Assembly: GCA_013239625.1 (NCBI GenBank) | Contig: MU053799.1 | Span: 1 to 64,000 of the forward strand | Direction of reading: 5' to 3' | Length of the DNA stretch: 64,000 bases | Origin: Lama guanicoe | Taxonomy: Eukaryota | Shown here: piece after piece, positions 37,889 to 50,077 of the stretch | How positions within the stretch are numbered: the stretch's first letter is position 1 | Layout of the letters: each line of letters starts with the position of its first letter | Notes under the pieces: model-generated | Told to the model about the DNA's origin: nothing | Databases searched by the model: none | Seen by the model: only the letters and a program-made list of their open reading frames with translations | Translations under genes and position numbers: made by a program

Positions 37889-38671
37889 TCCCCCTGAGCT
37901 CAGAGGGCTCAGCCCTGAGGGGCAGGAGAGGAAGAGAGGGTGAGATGTCAGCCCCACAGGGGGAGGGGGCACTGTTCCCCCATCTCCTGCCCAGGTGTTC
38001 CAGGCCATGTGCCTCCTCCAGCCTCTCCCAGGCTGTGTCCATAGCTCCTGGGGGTCCCCCCTCCACTCATTATGATGGTGATCATGGCTCAGCTCCAAAT
38101 TCTATCCATCAGCAGTGAGACTAGGAGCGGCCATCTCTGCCAGCTCCACTCTTCTTAGTCCAAGCGTGTTCACAGATGTACTGAATTCAATTTGATGACA
38201 GAGCATAAATTAGTATTTAAGATTTCTTCATACGTATGCATTAGCCATACCCACAGCACATTTGTTTTCCAGTTTATACAGCAGTTGCTGACAGTCATCT
38301 CACAATGACGATCAAGAAATAGAACAATTGGGGAAATATATTTAATGCTCTCTGAGACAGTCATGCTCTCCTGAGAGCCATTCCCCACACTTTCCTCCCC
38401 TTCTGACTTTGATCTCACTTATTATAATGACACAACATGGTCTTTTTAATAGTGTAATGTTAAAAGCCTGAAAATTAACTGTACTGTAGATATTTAAACA
38501 ATGTCTACGTTTTGAAAGTTTTTGTGCTTTTGAAATCAGACAATCAATTTACACCGGGTACGGGCTCCCAGCACGAGACTTGGACAGTGGATGTTTGTGG
38601 ATTCACAGTGACCAGGTATCAGCCCAGGGCCCCCAGCATCACTTCCACCTGCGCTGGAGTTTGACCTGGGA

Positions 38672-38687
38672 GCAGCAGGGGGCGCTG
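38672..38687 (+). promoter_or_regulatory. CTCF-like motif
   Basis: GCAGCAGGGGGCGCTG. Confidence 0.65.
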
Positions 38688-40267
38688 TAGGTCTCCCCAG
38701 GGTCTGCACAGTGGGATCCCCTGCTCTCCCTTCTCCTGACCTTGGTCTATGCCCTGTCCTCTGACCGGAAGACTGTTCCCTTCTTTACAGGGAGGTCACC
38801 TGACTCCTCCCTCACATCCCAGCTGACACATCCCAGCTCTGTTCAGGCTCCTTGGTCCCAACCCCCTGAGCATACCCCAACGTGCCCACAGCACTTGTCA
38901 CCACAGGCGTGTCCTGCTGCTCCCTGTCACTGTCCTTTCACCCACATGGGCGGGGTCTGCACAGCAGGAAAGGCTAGGGCCGTGGGGCTACAGTTAACAG
39001 AGATGGAAATTTTGGAAAATTCAATAGGTTTCCATGGAGATGAAAGTCCCAGTGTGGGAGCATCCTTGCCCCCACGGTGGACCTAGAAAGGCCCTCTCCA
39101 TCCACTTTCCTGGGGTCACATCAGCAAAGACTGCTTTAAAAAGGAACACTCTGCATGGGGGCCGGGGACATTCCAGAGCCTGGAAGAGGTGGCTCTGTGG
39201 CCACCAGGGGACAGAATACAGAGTCCCGGAGTGGGTGTTGGAGCAGACAGCTGGCCAACCACTCAGACTCCGGGGAAGCTGAGCAAACTGTCCTCACTGA
39301 CGTGTGACCATCCTCCCTGTGAGACCCCATCACCTGGGAGCTCCTGGTCCTGCTCTCTCAGCACATGGTACAGATGGGGGTCACCTCCTCCCCGTCCTCC
39401 ATGGAGTCTTTGCCAAGTCCGGGTCAGAGAGGGGCTGTTATTAGGTGAGGATTCAGCATGTGTTTCAAAGAGGACATGGAATCCTGGGAGAGTCTGTCCA
39501 GAGGAGACACAGCTCATGGGCAGAGTCCTCCCGTGGAACCTGTGTGACGTTATGTTAATGTGAAAGAGTGAGTGTATTACAAATGTGTCTACTTCAATTT
39601 TTATGTGGTTTTTGCTATTATTGATGTTAAATTTAAAATTTCTTACTATGCAATGCAACTTATACATTGGAAAATTGACGATTGGTCAGGCTATTGATTT
39701 CTTAATCTGGATTGTAATTTTTTTTTACTGTTTAGAATATTTGGATCAACTTTTAGTGATAGTGGTTTGTAACTTTCCCTCTTACATATTTTATTTATCA
39801 GGTATACATATAATTATTATAACTGCCTTATCAAAGAACGAGGAATTTTGACCTCTTTGCAATGTCTTGTAAAAAAAATACATGAAGCCAATCATTCAGA
39901 ACCATTTGATCTCTGAAAGCTTCTTAGATATTTTCCATGAATATATATATATTTTGTTTTCCTAGGGTGTATAGAAAATTTTTCTATTTTTTCTTAAGAA
40001 ATCAGTTTACTAATTTCCTTTAATAGAGGCAAGTTGTATCTGCCTACAAAAGTATACATTTTATTTCTTCTTTTCAAAAACTAGAAATTATGTGTTAGAA
40101 TTTTTTCCGTTTTCACTTTCCATATTTCTCCTGTAGGGCATGCAATGGGGCTGCCCTGTGATCCCTGCACAGCTGCTCAGGGAGGACCATGCACTCCCAG
40201 GAGCTGGGCTTGGGGGCAAGCATGTGCTCCTGATGGGGAGTGAGCAGTATGTCGTCTCTGGCTGGCA

Positions 40268-40348
40268 GAGGCTGACTATTACTGTCTTCCGTGGTTCAGC
40301 AAACATTTCCAGAGCAACCGATGCAGGTGGGGAAGTGAAACATAAACC
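40268..40348 (+). pseudogene. Orphan IGLV 3' fragment (FR3 end, CDR3 and degenerate RSS)
   Basis: GAGGCTGACTATTACTGT (EADYYC) then LPWFSKHF, CAGAGCA, 23 nt ending GGGGAAGTGAA, ACATAAACC. Confidence 0.8.
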
Positions 40349-40439
40349 CCTGGACTCACCCTCCGCTGAGCGCAAAGCTGAACACGAGAAATGTGTCTGG
40401 GTGAGAGAGGGACATGAATCTGTGAGAGCCAGAGGGCTG

Positions 40440-41330
40440 GCTGTGGGGGGCGTCCACTCAGATGGCCCCAGTGACCCCCACTTCCTGATATTCCCATCCT
40501 GTGAGATCCTCTCCCTTGGGTGGGCCTGTACTGAGGGACAGGGCTAGTGAGTGAGAATTTCAGGCTGACTGAGGAAAAAGACAAGAAGTATGGTTATGAG
40601 ATGGCAGTAACACACCCAAGAGCTGTTTGTTTGGGTGACATTTAGAAAGGTGAACCTTCCAGGAACAGTGGTGCATTGCCAAAACCAGAAAAGGACAAAG
40701 AACTCCCAGGTGGGAAGGGAATCAGAGAGGGGCTTACGCCTCTAGGATGTGTCACTGAGCAGGACAGCCAGGGATCTCTGGGTCAGACAGCTGCAAAGAA
40801 TAGCTGTTTGGTGTCCTTTATAAGTCAAGGACTTTTCTCCCCTAAGGCCAGCAAACTAGCAAACATTAAGTGCAGTTTCATGGGGTAGGCAGAGCAGGCA
40901 GGCTCTAAATGGCTAAGTATATGCCTATTTGGTATATATTTAGAGCAAATGGACGTGTGAAAATTTGATTCTGGTGCACGAAGGCTTATGCTCACGGCCA
41001 CAGGCTGCTGTGAAGAAATAAACAACATAGGGGCTGAAAGACAGAGGCTATCTTCAACCTATTTGTATAACAACTGGATTCTAGCAAGTAGGGCACAGAA
41101 GTGAAGGGAGGTCAGCTCTGATACCAGCTTACACAACGACAGTGGCCGGTCTTGGCCCCTCTCTCTCTTGCTTTCTCTCCGATTGCTGGTCCCGGGGAGC
41201 CTGATACAACCCCATGGAGAGGCCCACGTGGTGAGGGACCAAGGCTGCCCCATCCAAACCTTCGGGGGGCTGTGGCCCCTTTCTGGACAGCTCACCTGCA
41301 GTCAAACACTAAGCACTGAAGCAAGCTCTC
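40440..41330 (+). mobile_element. MaLR (MLT1-like) LTR fragments interrupted by another LTR-like element
   Basis: AGATGGCCCCAGTGACCCCCACTTCCTG at about 40460 and CCCATGGAGAGGCCCACGTGG at about 41210 resemble MLT1 consensus and the copy at 60440. Confidence 0.5.
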
Positions 41331-41619
41331 CATCCTTTCCGCTTCCACTTCCAGTACCCAACCCCCAGCATCCTCACTCTGCATGTATCATTTACCAATT
41401 TAGGTCCAGGTTGCTGCAAATACGTCTTTTTATTTTTCCCTCCTTTACGCTTCCGTGAACTTCATGATTCATGAAGTTTTTACTGAAACATAGAAAAGTG
41501 TTCATTTTCAGAGCTCGTACACATCAAGGACGTATGCCCTAACACATGCCTACTGTTCACACAGAAATACACATATCCAATACATATGTATATTGGCATA
41601 GACATTAAAACCAACCCCA

Positions 41620-42415
41620 ATTAAAATTCCAGTGGGTTGGCAGAAATTATTAAATGATTTTAAAGTTATATGGGAATGTATTGCACCTAAAATAGCCCTA
41701 GTAATCTTGAAACTTAATATAAAGCTACAATAATTAAGACCACGTGGTATTGGTGTAAGGATAGAAAAACAAATTAGTGGCGTATAATAAAGTGTTCAAA
41801 AATAAACTAACACTTTTAGATTTTCTAAGAGAGTAGGTCTTAAGCATTCTCACCACACACACACACACACAGGACACTATGTGAGATGATGGATGCGTTA
41901 ATGAACTTAATTCTGGTAATCATTTCACAGTGTATACATACAGCCAGTCATCATGAATGCTGTACATTGTAAATATACATAATTGTATTTGTCAATTATA
42001 TCTCAATAAAGCTGGAAAAATAAACAAACCAACACCTATACAGCTACTTGATTTTCAATTAAGGTACCAATGAAAATCAATGGGGGAAAAGTGTTTTTAA
42101 TAAATGGTTTTAGAAAAACTGAAGTGGGGGAGAAACTCGGACTCCCTACCTCCCACGACAGACAAAAATTAATTCAAGATGGATCATAGAATCAAATGTG
42201 AAACCAAAACAATAAAAGTTCTACAGAAAAACACAATAGGAGAATAATAAAAGAATATTTTCCTAACTTTGGCATAGAAACGGCACAAAGGTACCAAGGA
42301 TACAAGGGAAAAAACCGATAAACTGGACTGCATAAAAAGTAAAAGCTTCTGCTCATCAAAAGATACCAGTTAGAATGCAAAAGACAAGCTACAAGTTGGA
42401 GGGAGAATAAATCAA
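41620..42415 (+). mobile_element. Old LINE-1 ORF2/3' fragments
   Basis: AAAGCTACAATAATTAAGACC...GGTATTGG and AAAAATTAATTCAAGATGGATCA motifs, shared with the L1 at 58.5-58.8 kb. Confidence 0.65.
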
Positions 42416-42479
42416 AGGAATTAAAACAGTATTTTTCATTGAATGAACAGGTGAGCACTCTTTCCCCACTATCTCCCAT

Positions 42480-42740
42480 CACCACTCACATTGTCTTGAA
42501 GGAGCCCCTAGTCACTCTCACCTGTGGCTCCAGCACTGGTGTGGTCCCCTTCCCAGTGGTCACTATCCATCCCAGTTCTAGCGGAAACCTGGCCAAGTTC
42601 CCTGAACAATGATTTATGACACAAACAACAAACACAGGCTCCCACCCAGTTTGCAGGCTCCCTCCTTGGAAACAAAGCTGCGCTCACCCTCTCAGGGGCC
42701 CAGCATAAGGATAAGGCTGAGTGCTACTGATGGCTGTGCT
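42480..42740 (+). pseudogene. IGLV7: Highly degraded IGLV7-like relic
   Basis: Pieces read VTLTCGSSTG / SGHYP / KPGQVP*TMIYDTNNKH / FAGSLLGNKAALTLSGAQHKDKAECY*; multiple stops and indels; no leader or RSS recognised. Confidence 0.8.
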
Positions 42741-43494
42741 AGTTAGCAGTTTTGTTTACGTAAGTAGTGTGAGTTGACAATTCTGAATCCATGGAGTATG
42801 TTTCCAGAATTGAGCAAGTGGGAAAAATATATTGTAGTTCATAGGAGGTAGTGTTTCACTAAAAGAGAAGGGAGAAATAATACGGAAAAGTAGCCTAGAC
42901 TGAATTCAGGGGTGTTGGAATTAAACGGGAGGTATCAGTATAAACTTTTTAAATAGATAGGTATGGAAGTGCTTACTGTATGCACAGTATAAATAAAATA
43001 TTGAATAAAATTTAAATGTTACAGATTACAAACATATATTATTACCCAAAGTTCTATCAAAGATTAAAGAAAACTATAGGTGAGAGTTAAATTGCTATAA
43101 CAAAGAAAACTTTAAGAATAGAAGAAATGATTATCATTCAAACATTGTACTCTACTCTTATTCTGACATTTTGCCAAATTTTCAAGATACCTCTGATTTA
43201 TTTGCTTGTCTGCCTCATTCTTTTTCACTTTCCAATTTTATCTCATTATTACATGAAGCCCCTATCTTTAAATTTTTTAACCACAAAGTATTAGGAGGAA
43301 ATTCATAATTATTTAATCTAAAACTCTCATTTCACAGATATATATCTTGGGTTCAGACTTACCCATCTACCCACACATCAACTCATTCACTCAACCATTT
43401 ACTAAGGGCCAATCCTGGGTGACACACAGTATTAGGTTGGTCTGGAAGGATGTAAATACAAAGACAAATTAGAGGTTTCCCTCTATCAAGATAG

Positions 43495-45665
43495 GGTTCC
43501 CATGTTGAACCCTACCCCTAATGTGATGGTATCTGGAGATGGGGCCTCTGGTAAATAATTAGGTTTAGATGACGGTAGAGTTTCTATGATGGAATTACTG
43601 TCCTTGTAAGAAGAGAAAGAGACTAGAGCTCTCTCTCCCTCTCTCTGCCATGTGAGGCAGCCATCTGTAAGCTAAGAAGTGCCCTCACCAAGAACCAAAT
43701 CTGCTGGCACCTTGATCTTGGACTGAAATATGAGAGTGGCTTTGGAACTGGGCAGTGGACAAAACTGGAAGGACTTTGAGGAGAGTGTTAGCACAAGACT
43801 TATTTAAAAAAAATTTAAGCTGGACTTTGAGAAGGTTCTGCTATGGCTTAAAAGGAAGTGAGGAACATGTTATTAGAAAATTGAGAAACAGGTTATGTAG
43901 CAGCAGAAAGTTTAGTAATGCTACGCCTGCAGTTTTATGAGAAGTAGAAAAGGTACCTCATTAGCTCAAAGTAGAAATTGTACCTAATTGAGTGATCTGG
44001 CTAAGGAGACTTGCAGCTAAACAGCTAAATGTGTTGCTTGGTTTCTTCTTGCTGCCTATAGTACAATATGAAGGGAAATTAAAAAGCTAAGGGAAAGACT
44101 GTTAAACGAAAAAGGAGACAGAACTTGCGGGTTTTGAAATTTTCCCAGTCTCTTAAGATGGCAAAAAATGCTAAAATAATGGGTACCAAGCCAAGATCAT
44201 ATCCAGAGCACTGAAGAAACATGGTCTAAATAATGCACATCAATTATACTTCAAGTAAACATTCTTTAATTGAGAAAGAAAAGAAAGGTGGTCTAAAGAT
44301 GAATGTGACTAAAATTCTTTGTTAAGCCTCAGAAGGATTGAATGTGATGCTTCACGGGACCATTTAGTCAGGCCAAGGCCTTCCAGAGTTTAGGGGTGTG
44401 ACTCAGATCATCTGTCACAAAACAGGACTTCTACAAAGCTTAAGGGTGTTGTCCCTCAGCTATCTCAGCAGAAAACCAAGATAGAGTAGGCCTTATCTTG
44501 AAGAGATGTGTGGTTGTGTCTTTGGAGTGATTTGGCATGAACACCAATAAGATTAATAGGAGACACACACAGTTTTTAAGAGAACACATTTAAAGAAAGG
44601 CCCCTAGCTTAGACTGAAAGGACCAGAGAGCGTACAAAATAGACAGCTTCGGACTTCTGCCCTCTACAAGCAGGAAGCAGGCCGGGCTAAGAAAACATTT
44701 TCACTGTAACCATGTACTACCTTTCATAAAAAGGGAAGCACGTCAGAGGGCAGAATCAAGAATTCAGAGAATGAAGCCCAGAGTTTTCAGGCTTTGAATC
44801 CTAATCAGTAAGCTGCCAACATGTACCTGGTGGGATTTCAGAATTGCTGTTGACTCCTGAATACTCCCCTCTCCCCTCCTCTCTTTTGGAAAGGAGTAAC
44901 CTCTATGAAGGTTACCTACACCTGTCCCACCACTGTATGTTGGGTGTGGAAGTAGCTGGGAAGATGAACTCATCTCTTTCATTCACATCTCCAGATCTAG
45001 AGGAACAATGTTAAGATGCTGTACAACTGGACCCTGATCCACATCTGGACCTGATTTAGATAAGATTCTAGACTTCAAGTTAATGCCGTAATGGATGCAA
45101 CTTTTGGAGGCTTTGGAAGAATACACTATGCACATAGAAGATACGTATACAATTTGTGGCTGCCGAGTGTGTACCCTGGTGGTTTTAAATTATGTCCAAA
45201 AATTCTTCCCTTCAAAGGTGGAGGTTAATTACTTTCCCCTTGATGTGTGGGTTGGACTTAGTGGCTTACTCCGAATGAACAGAACATTGTGAATGTTGTG
45301 CAAATGACAGTGAAATGTCTGAGACTGGGTCATAGAAGATACTGCAGGCTCCTTGCTCACTCTCTTGGATCACTCACTCTAGAAGTCAGCATAGCCATGC
45401 CTTAAGAACACTCAGGTAGCCCAGTAGAGAGGCCTTTCTCCCAACAGCCAGCAAGGAAACTGGAGTTTCAACAGCCATGTGAGTAAGCTATCTTGGAAGA
45501 AAATCCACCAGCCCCAGTCAAGCCTTCAGATGATGGCAATCTCATGAAACCCAAGCCGGAATCACCCAGCTGAGTTATTCCTGGATTTCCAACTCTCAGA
45601 ACAGTGTGAGGTAATATTGAAGCTGTTAGTTTTGTGGAAATTTGTTGTGCAGCAATAGTTAAACA
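43495..45665 (+). mobile_element. MaLR elements (MLT1-type LTRs plus internal sequence)
   Basis: ATGTTGAACCCTACCCCTAATGTGATGGTAT...GGCACCTTGATCTTGGACT LTR text, internal-like sequence, second LTR-like block at about 45155-45665. Confidence 0.6.
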
Positions 45666-45679
45666 CACTTCAAACTTTG

Positions 45680-46045
45680 GGCTATGTCTTTATCCAGTGG
45701 CTCTGCCTGTTTAGTCCAATTTTAGCAAGAATCCTGCTGAGTCAGTTTAGGAAAAATCCCCTGCTCTTGATATCTGATTAAATTCTTTTATCTCTCACCC
45801 TCATATCTTATTACCCTGGCCTGTCCTCAGCAATGATCTCGTCAAGTTGGTTTAGCCAGAATCCACCCTTACCCCTGATGTTTCCTCCTAGTAAGTTTCC
45901 ATCCACTGACACCCACCCCATTCCCTGTCCTTTGTCCTTGCTGGAGTCAGAGTTAAGCTGTATTACAAAACCCTGCTGTAGTATTCCTGCCTTGAATAAA
46001 GTTTTTCTTACCATCTTTAATAAGTGTTATGACTAATTTTTAACA
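45680..46045 (+). mobile_element. ERV1-type LTR 3' part (MER34/MER39-like)
   Basis: AATAAAGTTTTTCTTACCATCTTTAATAAGTG...TTTTTAACA terminus. Confidence 0.45.
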
Positions 46046-48043
46046 TTTCCAAGTTTTGTTAGTAGGAATTACTCTCAAGTGAATGTTTTCATACCTTCAC
46101 CTTTTAAATTACATTCATTTAGGGGGAATAGATTTCTAGAATTGAAACATTTCATGTTTTTACTATACAATTTTTAAAATAGCCTATGTAGTAATCTGAA
46201 AAGGATGTGTATACAGACATGTGAATGTACACACACATATCCACCCTCAAAGCTTCAAGGAAAATTTAATTCTTGGTAAACTATAAATTAAGACTAAAAC
46301 ATTCAGCCTGCAAATTCTGAAATCCTTGGAATTAACTTACCAAAAAAAGTACAGAGAATGAAAATTATAATAAAAAATACATGCATCAAAATATTTGGGA
46401 TTCAGACAAAACTGTGCATAAAGGTAGGCAAAGTCCTAAATCCTTTATTAAAGAAAAAAAATTAAGCTTTTAAAATAAAAAAGAATAATCCTAAAGAAAG
46501 TAGAAGGTAGAAAATGAACTGAGACAAAAATAGAGAACAACAAAAACAAAACTAGTTGGGGAATAAAGCAAGGATTGCTTGGGAAAGTAAATCAGAAACA
46601 TTGATAAAACTGTGGCAAATATAATGAGGGGAAGAGGACCATATCCGAATACTAGAAATAAGAAATGGAATGAGACTCTGAGTAGAGAGGGTAATATTCA
46701 ATCCCAAATGGAATTATTTTTGTTTCAGGAAAGGACAGTTTCTAGTAGAGAAGTTGTGAATACAGTCCAGCAAAACCTAGGGTTTAAAAAAAAAAGTAAA
46801 TGATTGTCTCAGCAAATACTGTAAACCATCCAATAAAATTCAACAATTCCCTTTAAATTCTAAAGGTAGAAATAGAAATTCATTAAGAAATATACTCATT
46901 ACCTTTGATGGTAAAGACTTTCTCATTAAGACTGAGAACAATCCCAATAAAACTGTGCTGAAACCTGAAGGAAAAAAAAAAAAAGGAAGAAGACAGCCCA
47001 TTTACACATCATTGTTTAGAAATCCTGGCCAATGCAGTAAGAATATAGATAAAACTAAAAAATATGCCATGTTGTTGGTGAAAAGACAACATAGTGAAAA
47101 CACTTTTTCAAAAAAAATTTTATTCCTGTAATTGCTAATTTTACTTACAATTTTTGGCAACATTAATAAAATAATCGATTTCATCTGAAAGAACAAGCAA
47201 AATAGACAAGGAAATTCACAAAGAGAAATAACAAAATAGTAATCTTGACAGATATTCAATATATTTGTAAACAAAACAAAGTGACATTGCCTTAAAAATA
47301 TATAGAGGTATCAATAGAAAAACAGAGAAAGCTCCTGAAAGAATTCAACTCACTATTCATTGTCTTCTGGTTGCAGGCACAGAAACTGATTCAAGCTAAC
47401 TCAATTCTAAGAGAGAAGCAAAGCCCTTAAAAGCAAAGCCTTGATGATTATCTCTTTCCAGCTTTTTATGAAAACTTAGGAAATTTAACCAGACTGGAGA
47501 GAGAAGAGTGCAGAGACTTAAAGTGCCTTTAAGGAGGAGGAGGAGGGAAAAAGAAAGTGAGGGCAGAGATTTCATTGTGTGATTTTAACAACATTGGTGA
47601 AGCTCGATAAACCAAAGGAAGGAAGTGTCAAACAACTAAGCGAGGTAGCAAGCCATGCAGGCCCAGAGGAAGAGCATTCTAAGGAGAACAGCAGTTGCGA
47701 AGTCTTTGGATTGGGAGAAATGGGATTTGCTTGAAAAGCAAGGCCAGTGTATCAAAAACAGTGCGCGGTGGGGAAAATGGTAGAGTAGCATGGGAGAATG
47801 TAGAGAGGAGGTAGTCGGGGGCCATACCACTGGAACCTTAGTTGGCAATAAATAACTACTTGTACTCCTTAGGAGCACACTGTAGTGAAAGAGCAAACAG
47901 TAACAGTGTTAATAATACTAAGCAACCACAAAAACATAGAACTAAAACATTTCATATTTTTATCATAGAAACAGAATAAGGGAGATAAGTATGCAAAAGT
48001 CTGCACATCTATTTATACACAAAAGTTTCCACCTAAGACTAGA

Positions 48044-48080
<37 letters not shown>

Positions 48081-50077
48081 TACTCTTTCTACACCTAAAG
48101 AAAGGGGTTCAAGCTGAAATTTTAGCAAAGTGCCTTGGCCCAAGCAAACTAACTGGAAAGGCCTAGTGAAACATTCAAAGTGCAAATCAATCATTAAGCA
48201 CTGAGCAAATAAATACACTCTGGAAATTATGTACAAATGGACAAAACACAACAACTTTGTTATCTGTAGTCCTTCTTCCTCAGTGCTAAGAGGGATGCTA
48301 ACCCCTTGATGATCATAACTTCTCAGCATTTTGTGAAAGCTTAGAGAATCTAACTAGACTGAGGAGGGAAGAAAGGAGTGGGGAGAGATAAAGTACCTTT
48401 AAAGAGGAGAAAGCAAGAGAAAAAAGGAGAGATTTCTCCTGGCACAAGTCTACAGCCAGGATCCCAGATTCCTTGAGTGGTGCAGAGGCTGCTGGGCACC
48501 TGGGTTGGAGGTGGAGCAAGAAGAGATGGCACTAAAACACGCCTACGGAGACTCAACTCTAGGAACCTACGGAGGCAGCCAAGGCTGCTGACGTACAGGA
48601 ACCAATTTTCAGAGGGCACTCCACAGCTCTGAGAAAGAGGCCTTGGAGGTGGCAGGGAAAGAGGTTCCCCCATAGTATAGTCATGGATTAGATAGCTGGA
48701 TAGAGTAGATGATGAATAGTAACCCTAAGATCTGATAATTATTGACATGAGACATTTTGCACATTGAGTATGTCAAGACCCAAACTCAGTATTAGTTCGA
48801 TAAAATGGGAAATTATACACATAAGAGAATAACTATTAACTGTAATAACATTCATGTCCTAGGCAGATACAAAACTGCAAACTTCACATGTTCAATTAGA
48901 GTAAGATACATATACATGGAAAAATATAAGGAAAAGCCTTATAATGGGTTTGTTCACCCTGGGCTATTTTTATCCACTGTACTACTGTTCTTGGACAACC
49001 CTATTCCAGATTAAGGATAAGAGAACTAATTTTAGCCCAGTTCATAAACTGGACAGATTCCATGTGTTTGGCCCTTTTCAGTTAAAACTATGGGTCCAGG
49101 GCAGCTCTAACTATGGATGTCAGGGCTTCTTCTCCATGGGAACCTTTACTTCCTTTACTGCTGTGGCTGAAACAGATGTGGCTAGTTCATTCTGACTAAA
49201 GACCACCCAGGAGGGAGGGAGGAGGGACCAAATCAAATTCCCCTTCTGATCACTCAACAGGAGGTCCACTGGCACCAGGCTCCATTCTATTATCTCTGCT
49301 TCTCCATCTGAAGCCAATGATACACAGCACCTGCTTGATGCCTGCAGGGTCCCCTCACCAAACACAGGCATTTTACTTTAATGGTTTGGCTTCCTGGGAT
49401 GTTCTGGACTAAGTAAAGATACTCTTGAGACAGTGTTCCTTCTGCTTTGGCTCCAAGTCTGAGGTAAATGTATGCCTCTTCCTCAACTGGGACAAGGAGT
49501 CACTGCTCTCCACTGACTAAACTCCCAGTTTCTGGGCCCCATTGATGCAGCAGCTTCTCCCCCAGCTTTTCCACACCCAGGCTCTCAGAGCCAGGCAATC
49601 TCAGGTCAGCACAACAGAGGCACTTTTGGGAGTTCAGCAGCACACAGGACCACACCATGACAAAGCCATTCCACTCTGGCTATAGTTAATACTGAAATCT
49701 TCAAGGCATGGAAAAAGCTGAAAATAAACTTCAGTTGTTAAAAAAAATTCTACAGATTCTATATATATAGAAGAGCTTTCAAAATTACAAATAGCATGAA
49801 ATACCAAAATAATAAATAGGTTTTCACTTTTTTCTTTCTCTCATGTACACATACACAAACATCTTTTATGTGGTAAATCAGTTATATGAAAACCAGGTAA
49901 TATATTTTAAAATAACATCTCAAAATTAAGATCAAACAACATTGTATTTCATGAATTAAAAAAAATTCATAAATGATCCATTGGTTTCACCGTATTTGAT
50001 GCTTTTGAATAATGTTATGTTTTGGATTTTTTGTTTCTATGGTTGCAATACTTGCTTCAGATTTACTGAAAGTATAA

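Larger units (their letters stand above)
19120..38120. repeat. Segmental duplication of a V5-V1-V8 cassette (about 19.1-27.2 kb vs 30.0-38.1 kb)
   Basis: Offsets 19136/30032, 22431/33324 and 26503/37395 are all about 10.89 kb; intergenic DNA is collinear. Confidence 0.9.

Noticed and set aside
38298..38357. Possible C/D snoRNA (ATGACGA...CTGA with TCTCA/TGAGA stem)
   Set aside because: Imperfect C box, no recognisable rRNA guide and no host intron; would need an Infernal or snoscan hit
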